64,000 nucleotides of DNA from Ranitomeya imitator. Lineage: Eukaryota. The notes beneath the pieces were generated by a model. The model was not told where the DNA came from and did not search any database. It saw only the letters and a program-made list of their open reading frames with translations. Of this stretch, positions 10,680 through 21,190 are shown piece by piece (within the stretch, counting starts at the first letter, position 1; the number at the start of each line of letters is the position of its first letter). Both the position numbers and the translations under genes were made by a program. The DNA lies in the NCBI RefSeq assembly GCF_032444005.1, contig NC_091288.1, positions 42,098,001 to 42,162,000 of the forward strand. The letters are read 5' to 3'.

Positions 10680-11214
10680 TTGACTGGAAATATGTGATTC
10701 CGACTGAACCCCAGGCAGAAGATTCCCTATAATGAGGCAGATGGAGGCACTGTGAATGCTGTAGAACCTGTGATCCGGCGGTGTCCGTCTCTTTATGCGT
10801 GCATAAAAATGTGGTCTGCCAGTTTTATGCACTTCTGAAGAGAAGGACACCACTGAACATAGGTCAGACAGAGTCCAGAGTAACTCTGCTGCTTCATTAT
10901 AGTAAATGGATTCTTTGTGGATTTCATCTGAATAACGTCATTCAGAGATATAGATGGAAACCCCGATACAAGTGCTCAGTATAGAGAGCCGGATAACTGT
11001 GATCCAAAATGTTAAGTAAAATGCTCCCAACAAAAGCAAGTTACCACTTAGGTAGGTCATCTGTTAATGGAAATATAGGGGGCTTCCATGTTACTTGTAG
11101 TACAAAGGCTCTGGAAAAGCGCTATAGCTCCTCGCCCCCCCAAAAGAAATTCAGCAAATTCTCTGCTCCCATATCCAAATGCCCCCTCCTTTCTCAGTGC
11201 CACAGTGTGCCTAA

Positions 11215-11543
11215 GACCAGGTTCACATTCCGTTAACAACAGCCCGTTCAACACATGCATTAACGGGCTGCTGTTAACGCAAGTGCCGATGTGCCATCGC
11301 GCTAGCGCAGATAGAGCTAGCAGATGCTCTATCTGCGCTAGCAGTGACGGACCGGGAATCGCGGCAGCCCGCGTCCCAGGGTCCGTCACTTAATGACGGC
11401 ACATCGCTAGCACACGCCCATTGTGGGCGTACGCTAGCGATGCATCCGACATTGGACTCAATGGCGGCGTTAACGGACTGCGTTACACCGCGGTGTAACG
11501 TAGTCCATCTAACGGACGCCAGTAACGTAATGTGAACCTGGCC
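11215..11543. mobile_element. Harbinger-type palindromic MITE
   Basis: TIRs GACCAGGTTCACATT / AATGTGAACCTGGCC. Same family as 61416-61754. Confidence 0.7.
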
Positions 11544-14065
11544 AAAACCACATTTAGTGTCCACATGTTTGGCATTTCTGTAGCGCTGAGAACCGGCCTA
11601 ATTTATGGGTGCATGTCCCCAGAACCATGAGCTGGGCATAACCTACTGGTCACTACAATGTCCTGGGTACTACAATGGCAGTTTACAATTTGCACTCGAC
11701 AACATCCACTACTGCTTGTTTGTGGAAAGCACTCATGGACTCAAAATCATCACTATACCTGTAGATAAATTCCCAAAGGAGTATAATTTCCAAAATGGGG
11801 TCACTAGAGGGGGGATTCTGCTCTTCTAGCTTTTAGGGGCTTCTGTATTTGGAGTCCGCAAACTATTCTAGAAAAAATCTGCGCTCCAGAAGGTAGATAG
11901 TGCGCTGTCCCTCCTGAGTCTCACTGTACAGATAAGCAGCACTGTACAGCCACATGTGAGGTATTTCTACATTCAGCAGAAATTGCAGGACAAATTTTGG
12001 TGGCATTTTTAAGCACTTCCCATTGTGAAAATGTAAAATCTGGGGCTAAAACAAAATGTGTGGTAAAACTGTAATTATTTTCTTCAGTGCCCAATAGCAT
12101 GAAATTCTGTGACACACCTGTGGTGTCAATATAATCACTGCACCCGTAAATCAATTCATTGAGAGTAGTTTGTAAAATGAGGTCACTTATAGGGGGGGGT
12201 TCTGCTGGTCTGGCACCTCAGGGGCTCTACCAATGTGACATGGCATCTTCAAACCGGTCCAGCAAAATCTGAACTGCAATATTACACTTCGTACCGTCTG
12301 AGCTTTGTATTTTGCCTCTAAAGTAGTTTTCAACACACATATCGGTTATTGCACAACAAATTTTCGGGTCTATCTTCTCCTGCTATTCTTGTTAAAATTA
12401 AAAAAAAAAAATTGGGGCTAAAAACATTTTTGTGGGAAAAATATTTTTCATTTCACAGATGAACGTTGTAAAATTCTGTGAAGCACCTGTGGATTCAAGG
12501 TGCTCACCACACATCTAGATAAATTCCTTGAGTGGTCTATTTTCAGAAACGGGGTTACTTGTCGTGGATTCTCACTGTTTTGGGCACATCAGGAGTTCTC
12601 CAAACACGACATGATACTTGCAGAACATTCCATCAAAAATCCTCATTACAAAACGTCACTCCTTTTGGAGCCCAGTTGTGAGACCAAACAGTAGTTTTCC
12701 CCCCAAATATGGGATATCTGCGTATTCATGAAAAATTGCACAACAAATTGTATGGTGCACTTTCTCCTGTTACCCTTGTGAAAATAAAAAAAAAATGGGG
12801 CTAAAAAAACATTTTTGTAGGCAATTTTTTTTTATTTTCACGGCTCAAGGTTATAAACTTCTTTGACGCACATGGGGGTTCAAGGTGATCACCACACAAT
12901 AAGGTAAGTTCCCTGAGGGATCTAGTTTCCAAAATGGGGTAATTTGTGGGGGGTTTCCACTGTGTAAGTACATCAGGGGCTCTCTCTGTGCGACATGGCG
13001 TCCACTAATGATTCCAGCAAGCTTTGCATTCAAAAAGTCAAATGGCGCTCCATCCCTTCCGAGCCCTGCCATGCGCCTACACAGTAGTTTTTCTTAATAT
13101 ATTTAGTATCGGCATGCTCAGAAGAAATTGCACAACAAATTGTAAGGTGCATTTTCTCATGTTACCATTGTGAAAAAAAAATGGAGCTAAAATAAAATAT
13201 TTGCTTAAAAAAGTAAACTCTTCATTTTTTCCTTCCACATTCCATGAATGAACCTAAAGAGTTAATAAACTTCTTGAATATGGTTTTGAGCACCTTGAGG
13301 TACAGTTTTTACAATGGTGTCACTTTTTGTGTATTGTCTGTCATATAGGCCCCTCAAAGTAACTTCCAAATGTACGTAATGTGGTCCCTAAAAAAAAAAA
13401 ACAGTTTTTCAAATTTTGTTGTAAAAATTAGAAATTGCTGGTCAACTGTTAAACCTTCTAACTTCCTAACAAAAAAAATTAGGGTTTCAAAAATTGTGCT
13501 GATGTACCGTAAATTGGGCATGTGGGAATTTTTATGTATTAACTATTTTGTGTGACATGACTCATTTAAGAGCATGAAAATTAAAACTTTGAAAATTGCA
13601 AAATTTTCTAAATCTTCACCAAATTTCCAATATTTTCACAAATAAATGCAATTCATATCGATCAAATTTTACCACTATGATGAAGTACAATATGTCACGA
13701 AAAAACAATCTTGGAATCTGTGAGATCTGTTGAAGCGTTCCAGAGTTATAACCTCAAAGTAACATTAGTCAGAATTGAAAAAATTGGCCTGGTCAGGAAG
13801 GTGAAAACAAGCTTTGGGGGAGCTACGATGTGACGTAAAAAAACAATGCGGACACATCACGTGTGATCTATGATAGCAAATATAGCATGCAACGTTCAAA
13901 CTGCAAATATCTAGCAGGCGGGGCTAGTGCCAGTACCTGCCAAACCCAGGTCTACGTTGGTGACATCTGCTGTACATTTACAGTGGATGTGTGCACTGAA
14001 TGTATGGAGTGGGCCTACTCTATACAGGGAGGGTATTTGGCTGCTGGAACCCAAGTCTAACTATT

Positions 14066-14241
14066 GGCCACGTTCACACATTCAGTATTTTACATCAGTA
14101 TTTGTAAGCCAAAATCAGGAGTGGAACAATCAGAGGAAAAGTATAATAGAAACATATGCACCACTTCTGTATTTATCACCCACTCCTGGTTTTGGCTTAC
14201 AAATACTGATGTCAAATACTGACTAAATACTGACCATGGCC
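14066..14241. mobile_element. Harbinger-type MITE (CAGTATTTTACATCAG family)
   Basis: Palindromic arms shared with 19531-19724, 28383-28575, 60125-60318 and 62329-62523. Confidence 0.65.
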
Positions 14242-14273
14242 TCAGTTCAGACAGCAGTATTTTTTACCTCTTA

Positions 14274-14609
14274 GGGTACGTGCACACGTTGCGGATTCTC
14301 TGCGGATCCGCAGCGTTTTTTGCAGTGCAGAAACGCTGCAGATCCGCAATTCATTTACAGTACAATGTAAATCAATGAGAAAAAAAATGCTGTGCACACT
14401 TTGCGGAAAATCCGCTGCGGTTTAAAAGAAGTAGCATGTCACTACTTTTTTGTGAATCTGCAGCGTTTTTGTACCCATTCCACTATAGAAAACCACAGGG
14501 GTAAAAACGCAGCAAAAACGCACAAAAAACACTGCGGAACCGCACAAAAAACGTGACGAATCCGCACCAGAAATTCCTAAGCCTAATCCGCAACGTGTGC
14601 ACATAGCCC
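14274..14609. mobile_element. Harbinger-type MITE, directly abutted by a second truncated MITE starting at 14612
   Basis: TIRs GGGTACGTGCACACGTTGCGGA / TCCGCAACGTGTGCACATAGCCC, preceded by TTA. Confidence 0.7.
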
Positions 14610-15056
14610 TAGGGTATGTTTCCACGGTCAGTAAACGCTGCAGGTTGAATGCTGCATACATCTGCAGCGTCCAACCCGCAGCGTCCAGATGTTACAGCAT
14701 AGTGGAGGGGATTGCATGAAAGCCCATATTCACTATGCGTGCAGGGACGCCTCCAGCTTCCCTGTGTAAACGGACATGCTGTGCGTCTTTCCAGACCGCA
14801 GCATGTCAATTTATCTTGCAGAGACAAGATACAAACCTTTGGTTCTGGTAGTATCCACACGGACAGCACACGGATCACACACGGATGGCACACGGATGTG
14901 ACACACAGACACTGATATCTCCGGTTTTTCCGGTACAGGAAATATCAGGACGTGTGAAACCGTCCTTAGATGCAGCTTTCAATTGTGACTGTGGCATTTA
15001 AGGAGTTGGAAATAGGGTCAGGTGTCTCTTCAAACGCATGATTACAAACAATATAA

Positions 15057-16588
15057 GGCCTCTTTCACACATCAGTGTGTCCGGTACGTGTGGTCACAGT
15101 TTTCACACGTACCGGAGACACTGACACACGTAGACCCATTCAAATTAATGGGTCTATGCACATGTCGTTTTTTTTTGCCGTCATCACGGATGGCAAAACA
15201 TCCCGCACACGTGCACAAGGAAAACACACTTTGATTTCCTCCGTGTGACACGGACGGCCACCGGGGAAGAAGCGCTACAGTAAGCGCTGTTCCCCGGTGG
15301 CTGGTGCTGAAGGCGGCTGTCATCATTCTTCCCTGCCCTGCCGGCGAGCAGAGGACAATGATGAGTGTTAAATTAAAGTCAGCGCGACAGCAGATGTGGG
15401 CTTTTGGGACTGGTCCCCCCCCAGTGACAGTAGGTGAGGAGGATGGGGGTATTCCACATCCGCCGCCTGCGATCATTCGGAAATGAATGAAAAACCCGAT
15501 GTGGACATCTCATTCACCAGTGGTTTTCAGCCGGGACGGTCGCATATTGGCACCGTCCTGATTGAAAACTATTTAGTCCCCAGACTTGGATTACAGCGTG
15601 GGACAGAACGACGGACAGGTATGGTATATTGCTGGTTTATTATTTTATTTTTATTACAGGAGATCGAGGGCGTCGCATGGATTAGGAGAAATAATGAAAT
15701 GGTCAAACTGTGTGGTGTTTAATTTCATTAAAAGACTTTATTCTGGCCGTGTCTTTATTTAACATATAACAACTATAGGATTAGTAATGGACAGGTGTCT
15801 TATTGACACCTCTGCATTACTAAGCCGTGGGCTTGATGTCATCTGAAAGGCGACTTCAACCCATAAATATTACCCCCCTTGCCACGGCTACAGGGAAAGT
15901 GGGATGAGCAGGGCAAAGCACCAGAAAAGGCACATCTAAGAGATGCACCTTTTCTGGGCAGCTGCGGGCTGCTGTTTGTAGGCTTCTGGGGCCTATATCA
16001 ATGGCCCCTTACCTGCCTGAGAATAGCAGCCCCCAGCTGTCTGCTTTAGCAAGGCTGGTTGTCAAAAATGGGGGGGACCCCACATCATTTTTTTAAACAG
16101 CGTAGGGACCCCTCTATTCTTGATAACCAACCTTGCCGAAGCGGACAGCTGTGAGTTTTGTCTGGTTGGTTAATAAAATAGGGGGAACCCATGTCGGGTT
16201 TTTCATTCCTTTATTTCTGAATGATCGCAGGTGGCGGATGTGGAATACCCCCATCCTCTGCGCCTACTGGTCACTTATTAGCGACAGCAGGTGTTGGATA
16301 AAGGGGGTAACAGTCCCAAAAGCCCCCACTTGCTGTTATTCGGACTTTAATGCTCATCATTGTCTTCTGCTCGCCAGAAGAGCAGTGGAGAATGAGGACA
16401 GCCGGCTTCAGCACAAGCCGCTGGGGAACAGTGCTTACTGTAGCGCTTCTTCCCCGGCGGCCGTCCGTGTGGTACTGATGAGGCACATGGGTGGTCCACG
16501 GTTGCCACCCGTGTGCCACACATGTACACGGATATATCTGGTACCGGTTTTTCCGGTACCAGGAATATCAGGATGTGTGAAACCGGCC
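15057..16588. mobile_element. 1.5-kb non-autonomous Harbinger-type element with subterminal inverted arms
   Basis: TIRs GGCCTCTTTCACAC / GTGTGAAACCGGCC with TAA TSDs. The arms at about 15260-15470 and 16270-16470 are inverted copies. Confidence 0.7.
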
Positions 16589-16842
16589 TAATTGTGTGAT
16601 GCTGATGGAACTGTTGTATTTTACAAGCGATCATCGGTTCAAGTCTAATTAGTAAAAAAAAAAAAAAAAAAAAAAGGAAAAAGAATTATTTTTATTTTAA
16701 ATATTATACAAGTTTGCATCACCCCCCTTCCCAGAATGTAAATAAAATCGAAAAGAAATTAAAATATTTGGTATCAAAGTGTAAGTGTCTAATAAAATAT
16801 AATTTTCAAATACGATGAATAAAAAAATAAAAAAGGCAGAAA

Positions 16843-17801
16843 TCTACTATATAATTGTCTAAGGGGTACTTCCGTCTGTCTGTCTGTCCTTCTGTCACGG
16901 TTATTCGTTCGCTGATTGGTCTCGGCAGATGCCTGTCATGGCTGCCGCGACCAATCAGCGACGGGCACAGTCCGATTAGTCCCTCCCCTACTCCCCTGCA
17001 CTCACTGCCCGGCGGCCGCTCCGTAATCCCCTCCACTCACCGCTCACACAGGGTTAATGGCAGCAGTAACGGCCCGCGGTGTAACGCACTCCGTTACCGC
17101 TGCTATTAACCCTGTGTGTCCCCAACTATTTACTATTGATACTGCCTATGCAGCATCAATAGTAAAAATATGTCATGTTAGAAATAATTAAAAAAAAAAA
17201 ACCTGCTATACTCACCCTCCACCGCCTTTCCCGCTCCTCACCACGCTCCAGGGACCGCTCCATTGCAAGCGGCAGCTTCCGGTCCCGCCCCCGTATTTTT
17301 TTTTTAAGTCTCTATACTACGTGACTCTGTGCTGGGCAATATACTACGTGGCTCTGCTATATACTACATGACTGGGCAATATACCAAGTGACTGGGCAAT
17401 ATACTACGTGGCTCTGCTATATACTACGTGACTGGGCAATATACTACGTGGCTCTGCTATATACTACGCGACTGGGCAATATACTACGTGGCTGGGCAAT
17501 ATACTACGTGGCTGGGCAATATACTACGTGGCTCTGCTATATACTACGCGACTGGGCAATATACTACGTGGCTGGGCAATATACTACGTGGCTGGGCAAT
17601 ATACTACGTGGCTCTGCTATATACTACGCGACTGGGCAATATACTACGTGGCTGGGCAATATACTACGTGGCTGGGCAATATACTACGTGGCTGGGCAAT
17701 ATACTACGTGGCTGGGCAATATACTACGTGGCTGGGCAATATACTACGTGGACATACATATTCTAGAATACCCGATGCGTTAGAATAGGGCCACCATCTA
17801 G
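16843..17801 (+). mobile_element. Non-autonomous Helitron carrying a 20-bp minisatellite
   Basis: 5' A|TCTACTATATAA, 3' hairpin CCCGAT..ATAGGG then CTAG|T, and no TSD. Confidence 0.75.
17331..17750. repeat. 20-bp minisatellite (GCTGGGCAATATACTACGTG), about 21 units
   Basis: Tandem units are directly visible. They explain the periodic ORFs at 17388-17788. Confidence 0.95.
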
Positions 17802-17994
17802 TTATATATATTTTGCCTCCCCAAAAAATTGGAATAATTACAAAAAAAGGAATCAGGAAGTCAGAAGTCATATGGACTCTAATAAAGAACCAATAAAAAC
17901 TGCAGGAGCCATAAAACATCATCATCTGAAAAATAAAAAGTTATATGTAAAAGGTGAGGAGAGAAAAATAAAAAAATCAAAAGCAAAGCGCGGC

Positions 17995-18320
17995 CCCCGG
18001 GATTGTGCGGGCCCCCTGGGATTGCGCGGCCCCCTGGGATTGCGCCGCCCCCTGCGATTGTGTGGGCCCCTGGGATTGTGCCGCCCCCTGTGATTGTGTG
18101 GGCCCCTGGGATTGTGCGGCCCCCTGGGATTGTGCGGCCCCCTGGGATTGTGCGGCCCCCTGGGATTGTGCGGCCCCCTGGGATTGTGCGGCCCCCTGGG
18201 ATTGTGCGGCCCCCTGGGATTGTGCGGCCCCCTGGGATTGTGCGGCCCCCTGGGATTGTGCGGCCCCCTGGGACTGTGCGGCCCCCTGGGATTGCGCAGC
18301 CCCCTGGGATTGTGTGGCCC
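17995..18320. repeat. 18-bp GC-rich minisatellite (GGGATTGTGCGGCCCCCT), about 18 units
   Basis: Tandem units are directly visible. They produce 6-aa periodic ORFs in all frames. Confidence 0.95.
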
Positions 18321-18476
18321 GTGGTACCCTGGCCAGCAGGCACACTCTCAGTGACAGGCATGCTATGGCCCATTGCTTGTGTCATCCAGGCCAGCAGTGG
18401 TCCCACAGGTAGGACCCCCATGATGTGATGGGTCAGAATTGTGGGCTCTCAGATACACGCTGCAGGTCAGTCCTTA

Positions 18477-18720
18477 GGGCTACGTTCACACTAGCGTTAT
18501 GCTAGTGTGCGTCGGGTTAGCGTCGGGCGACGCATGCGTCATGCGCCCCTATATTTAACATGGGGGACGCATGCGTTTTTGTTTGTTGCGTTGTACGACG
18601 CATGCGTCTTTTGTGCCGCAAGCGTCGGACCAAGAAAACGCAACAAGTTGCATTTTTCTTGCGTCCGAATTTCGGCAAAAAACGATGCATGCGTCGCAAA
18701 ACGCTAATGTGAACGTAGCC
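18477..18720. mobile_element. Harbinger-type MITE
   Basis: TIRs GGCTACGTTCACA / TGTGAACGTAGCC with TTA flanks. Confidence 0.75.
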
Positions 18721-18789
18721 TTACACTTTATGACATGCACATTCTTAGACTCAGACCAATCCCTTTAAATTAAAGGAAAAGTTTTGTAG

Positions 18790-19330
18790 ATGCCGGAGGA
18801 TGACAGGTCCCGGTGAGCGCACACAATGGGTGTCAGGCAGAGCTGGAGTTCCCGGCGCCTCCTCCTCCTCCCGCCGCTGCCGCCGCCGCCGCCTGCCCCA
18901 CTACTCACATGTACAGCCGCGCCGTGCTGGCCCCGCCCCCGGCTCACTCCCCGGCACAGGATGCCCGGCTGCACGCTGCTCCGTGTCGTGGCCCCCGGGG
19001 GCCCGTCCGAGGCTCAGGAGCGGCGCTCGTCCCGCTCAGTCCCGGACATTTGGTAGCTACTCCCCGCTCTTCTCCTGCGCTCTGCTCTGGGAGGACCTGA
19101 CTCCCCGGTCATGTGACCTCGTGTCTGACGGCAGGAAGGAGAGCAGCGCACTGGCTGCAGTGATTTCTGCACAGGTGTCTGCTCCCGTGCACTGCAGTGC
19201 TGCACTGTCACCCGTGGACCCGCACGCTGTGTGCGCGGGCTCATCGCTTTCTCTCACCAGGGACGCACTAGAGACTTCTGCCTCAGTGCCTAGCAAAACT
19301 AGTGCAAAAGTGGAACACTTGTCCGCGTAG
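18790..19330. promoter_or_regulatory. CpG island / likely host promoter, with a minus-strand first-exon donor at 18908
   Basis: High GC and CpG content, GC box GGCCCCGCCCC (about 18930), GTCATGTGAC E-box palindrome (about 19108), a GCC repeat, and minus-strand CAT|GTGAGT. It is not recognisably repeat-derived. Confidence 0.65.
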
Positions 19331-19530
19331 CAACCAATAAGAATCCAGCTATCATTTTTCATAGCCGTTTTGGAAAATGAAATCAATAACCCAATTGGGT
19401 GCTACGGACTTCAGCACCCAATTGGATTGCTGCTTTCATTTCCTAAAGAGGTGGAAGATGAGAGCTGGAAACTGGTTGCTACAGACAACTGAACAAATCA
19501 GATCCCACCTCTCATTTTTTCAGAGCCTTA

Positions 19531-19724
19531 GGGTATGTGTCCACGTTCAGGATTTTGTCAGTATTTTACATCAGTATTTGTAGCCAAAACCAGGAGTGGG
19601 TGATAAATGCAGAAGTGGTGCATATGTTTCTATTATACTTTTCCTCTGATTGTTCCACTCCTGATTTTGGCTTACGAATACTGATGTAAAATCCTGATGC
19701 AATCCTGAACGTGGACACATACCC
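19531..19724. mobile_element. Harbinger-type MITE
   Basis: TIRs GGGTATGTGTCCACGTTCAGGA / TCCTGAACGTGGACACATACCC, TTA TSD. Confidence 0.8.
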
Positions 19725-20015
19725 TTATTGGGAAATTATACCAAAAGCCCAATTGGTTAGCTGATCTGTAGCAACCAATCAGAATCCAGCTTTCATTTTT
19801 CGGAGCCTTGTTGGGACATGAAAGCAGCGATCCAATTGGTTGGGGTTTTGTTTTTTTTATCTCCCAATGGACCACCTTTGCTAAATATCTCCAAATACTG
19901 CAGTTTACAACACAATTTCAGTTTCTAGATAATATTTTATGTGCATGAAGGATATTAGTGTTGCCAAATGGACACCTTTTGACTTGTAAAGGAGTCTGAT
20001 AGGCTCAAGCTTCTC

Positions 20016-20029
20016 GTTGCCTAGGAAAC
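20016..20029. promoter_or_regulatory. RFX X-box-like motif GTTGCCTAGGAAAC
   Basis: Close match to the palindromic GTTGCC-N2-GGNAAC consensus in apparently unique sequence 0.7 kb from the CpG island. Confidence 0.35.
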
Positions 20030-20911
20030 TAGTCACCATTGTTTTATAGCAGCAGGAGCCAACCGTGCAGTGCTTACAAGCTCTTTCCAATAGAGCCGGT
20101 AAGCGCTGCACTGAGGATTGCAGAGATTGCAGGAGAGTGAAGTTGGCTCCCCATTCCAGCCTGCCTTTAGTGACCCTATGCGCTTCAGACACAAGGGTGC
20201 CTCATAAAGCAATATCGGCGAGTGGGCTGCTACTGGTCCGAACTGTTAGTCATGCAAGCAGGAAGTCGGGAGGCAAGAGATCCTGAAAATACTTCATGGG
20301 ATAAACTCTTTAAAAGGGTTGTCTACTATTGGATGACCCCTGCTCAATTCAGTGCCCCACAAAAAATAAAAACAATGTATCCTAACTTACAGGTGTGAAA
20401 AATATTAAAGATTGCAGTTGGTCACCCGCTGCTGATTTGCAGCATCGTTAATATGACACAACAATGTGATGACACCCATCGGGAACATCAGCGTCAACAC
20501 CACCGGAACTGGGCCGCTGGGGGAAGCGAAAATGCCGTGTGTATTCCCTATGAGATACTGAATTGATTAAGCAGGGGTCCTCCATTAGCGGACAAGCCCT
20601 AAAGTTTGGGCTTTTCTGCCCCTCATGAAACATGCAATACAGATGTAAACAGAGCAATCAAAGGTTATTCCCAAGATATCCATAGCCGCACAAGTCTCAG
20701 ATTTCTCTTGGTGAAGAGGCCAGGCCTGCACACCCCTGATCAGTTCGAGAGAGGCCTGCAGTCCCTGATCTGGTGGTCCCGGTGGTCAAACCCCAAGCAT
20801 CCCATCCCCCAGCCTATTGTTATTTTGGAATTAACCATAAAGGGGTATTCATATTAAGAAAAAAAACTAACAACAAAAATTGTATTTTTTTTAGTCCCTT
20901 AGAAAAATGTA

Positions 20912-21190
20912 CAGTTAAAGTTTGTGCACCCCTGGTCAAAATTACTATTATTGTGAGCAGTTAAGCAAGTTGAAGTTGACACATTTCCTTTCTATTTTAC
21001 GCAAAAAAAAAAAAAACATATTTTCATCTTTTACATTTTAAAAATTACAAAAACGAAAATGGGCCGATGCAGAAGTTTGGGCACCCTGCATGGTTAGTAC
21101 CTAGTAGCTTCCCCCTTTTAAGAGTATCACAGCTTGTAAACGCTTTTTGTAGCCAGAAAAAGCTCTTTCAATTCTTGTTGGAGGGAATTT
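20912..21190 (-). mobile_element. Tc1 3'-terminal fragment
   Basis: TA|CAG terminus, repeated TTTG(T/G)GCACCC motifs, and a transposase C-terminal-like KGGATRY* remnant. Confidence 0.5.

Larger units (their letters stand above)
5204..10690 (-). mobile_element. DIRS1-type tyrosine-recombinase retrotransposon, structurally complete with decayed ORFs
   Basis: Inverted terminal repeats, an internal complementary region, and gag, RT, RNase H, MT and YR coding remnants in canonical DIRS1 order. Confidence 0.95.
3476..13820 (+). mobile_element. Large non-autonomous piggyBac-like element (host of the DD41D, DIRS and MITE insertions)
   Basis: Degenerate ATAA|CCTCTTCACGAC left end. The sequence at 4600-5200 and 10690-13820 is colinear with the 35898-40179 copy. 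The right TIR is not clearly retained. Confidence 0.45.

Noticed and set aside
9982-10697. GC-rich ORFs of 130-211 aa on both strands in the DIRS leader
   Set aside because: No recognisable motifs. They are expected in GC-rich sequence, and the plus-strand ones are antisense to the element.
17331-17788. CRISPR-like array, or repeat-protein ORFs (17388-17788)
   Set aside because: The units are contiguous 20-mers with no unique spacers and no cas genes, in a eukaryotic Helitron. The ORFs are by-products of a stop-poor repeat.
17879-18428. Collagen- or mucin-like ORFs (GPLGLC, PPGIVR, QGAAQS repeats)
   Set aside because: All six frames are open because the 18-bp unit lacks stops. There is no splice or codon evidence.
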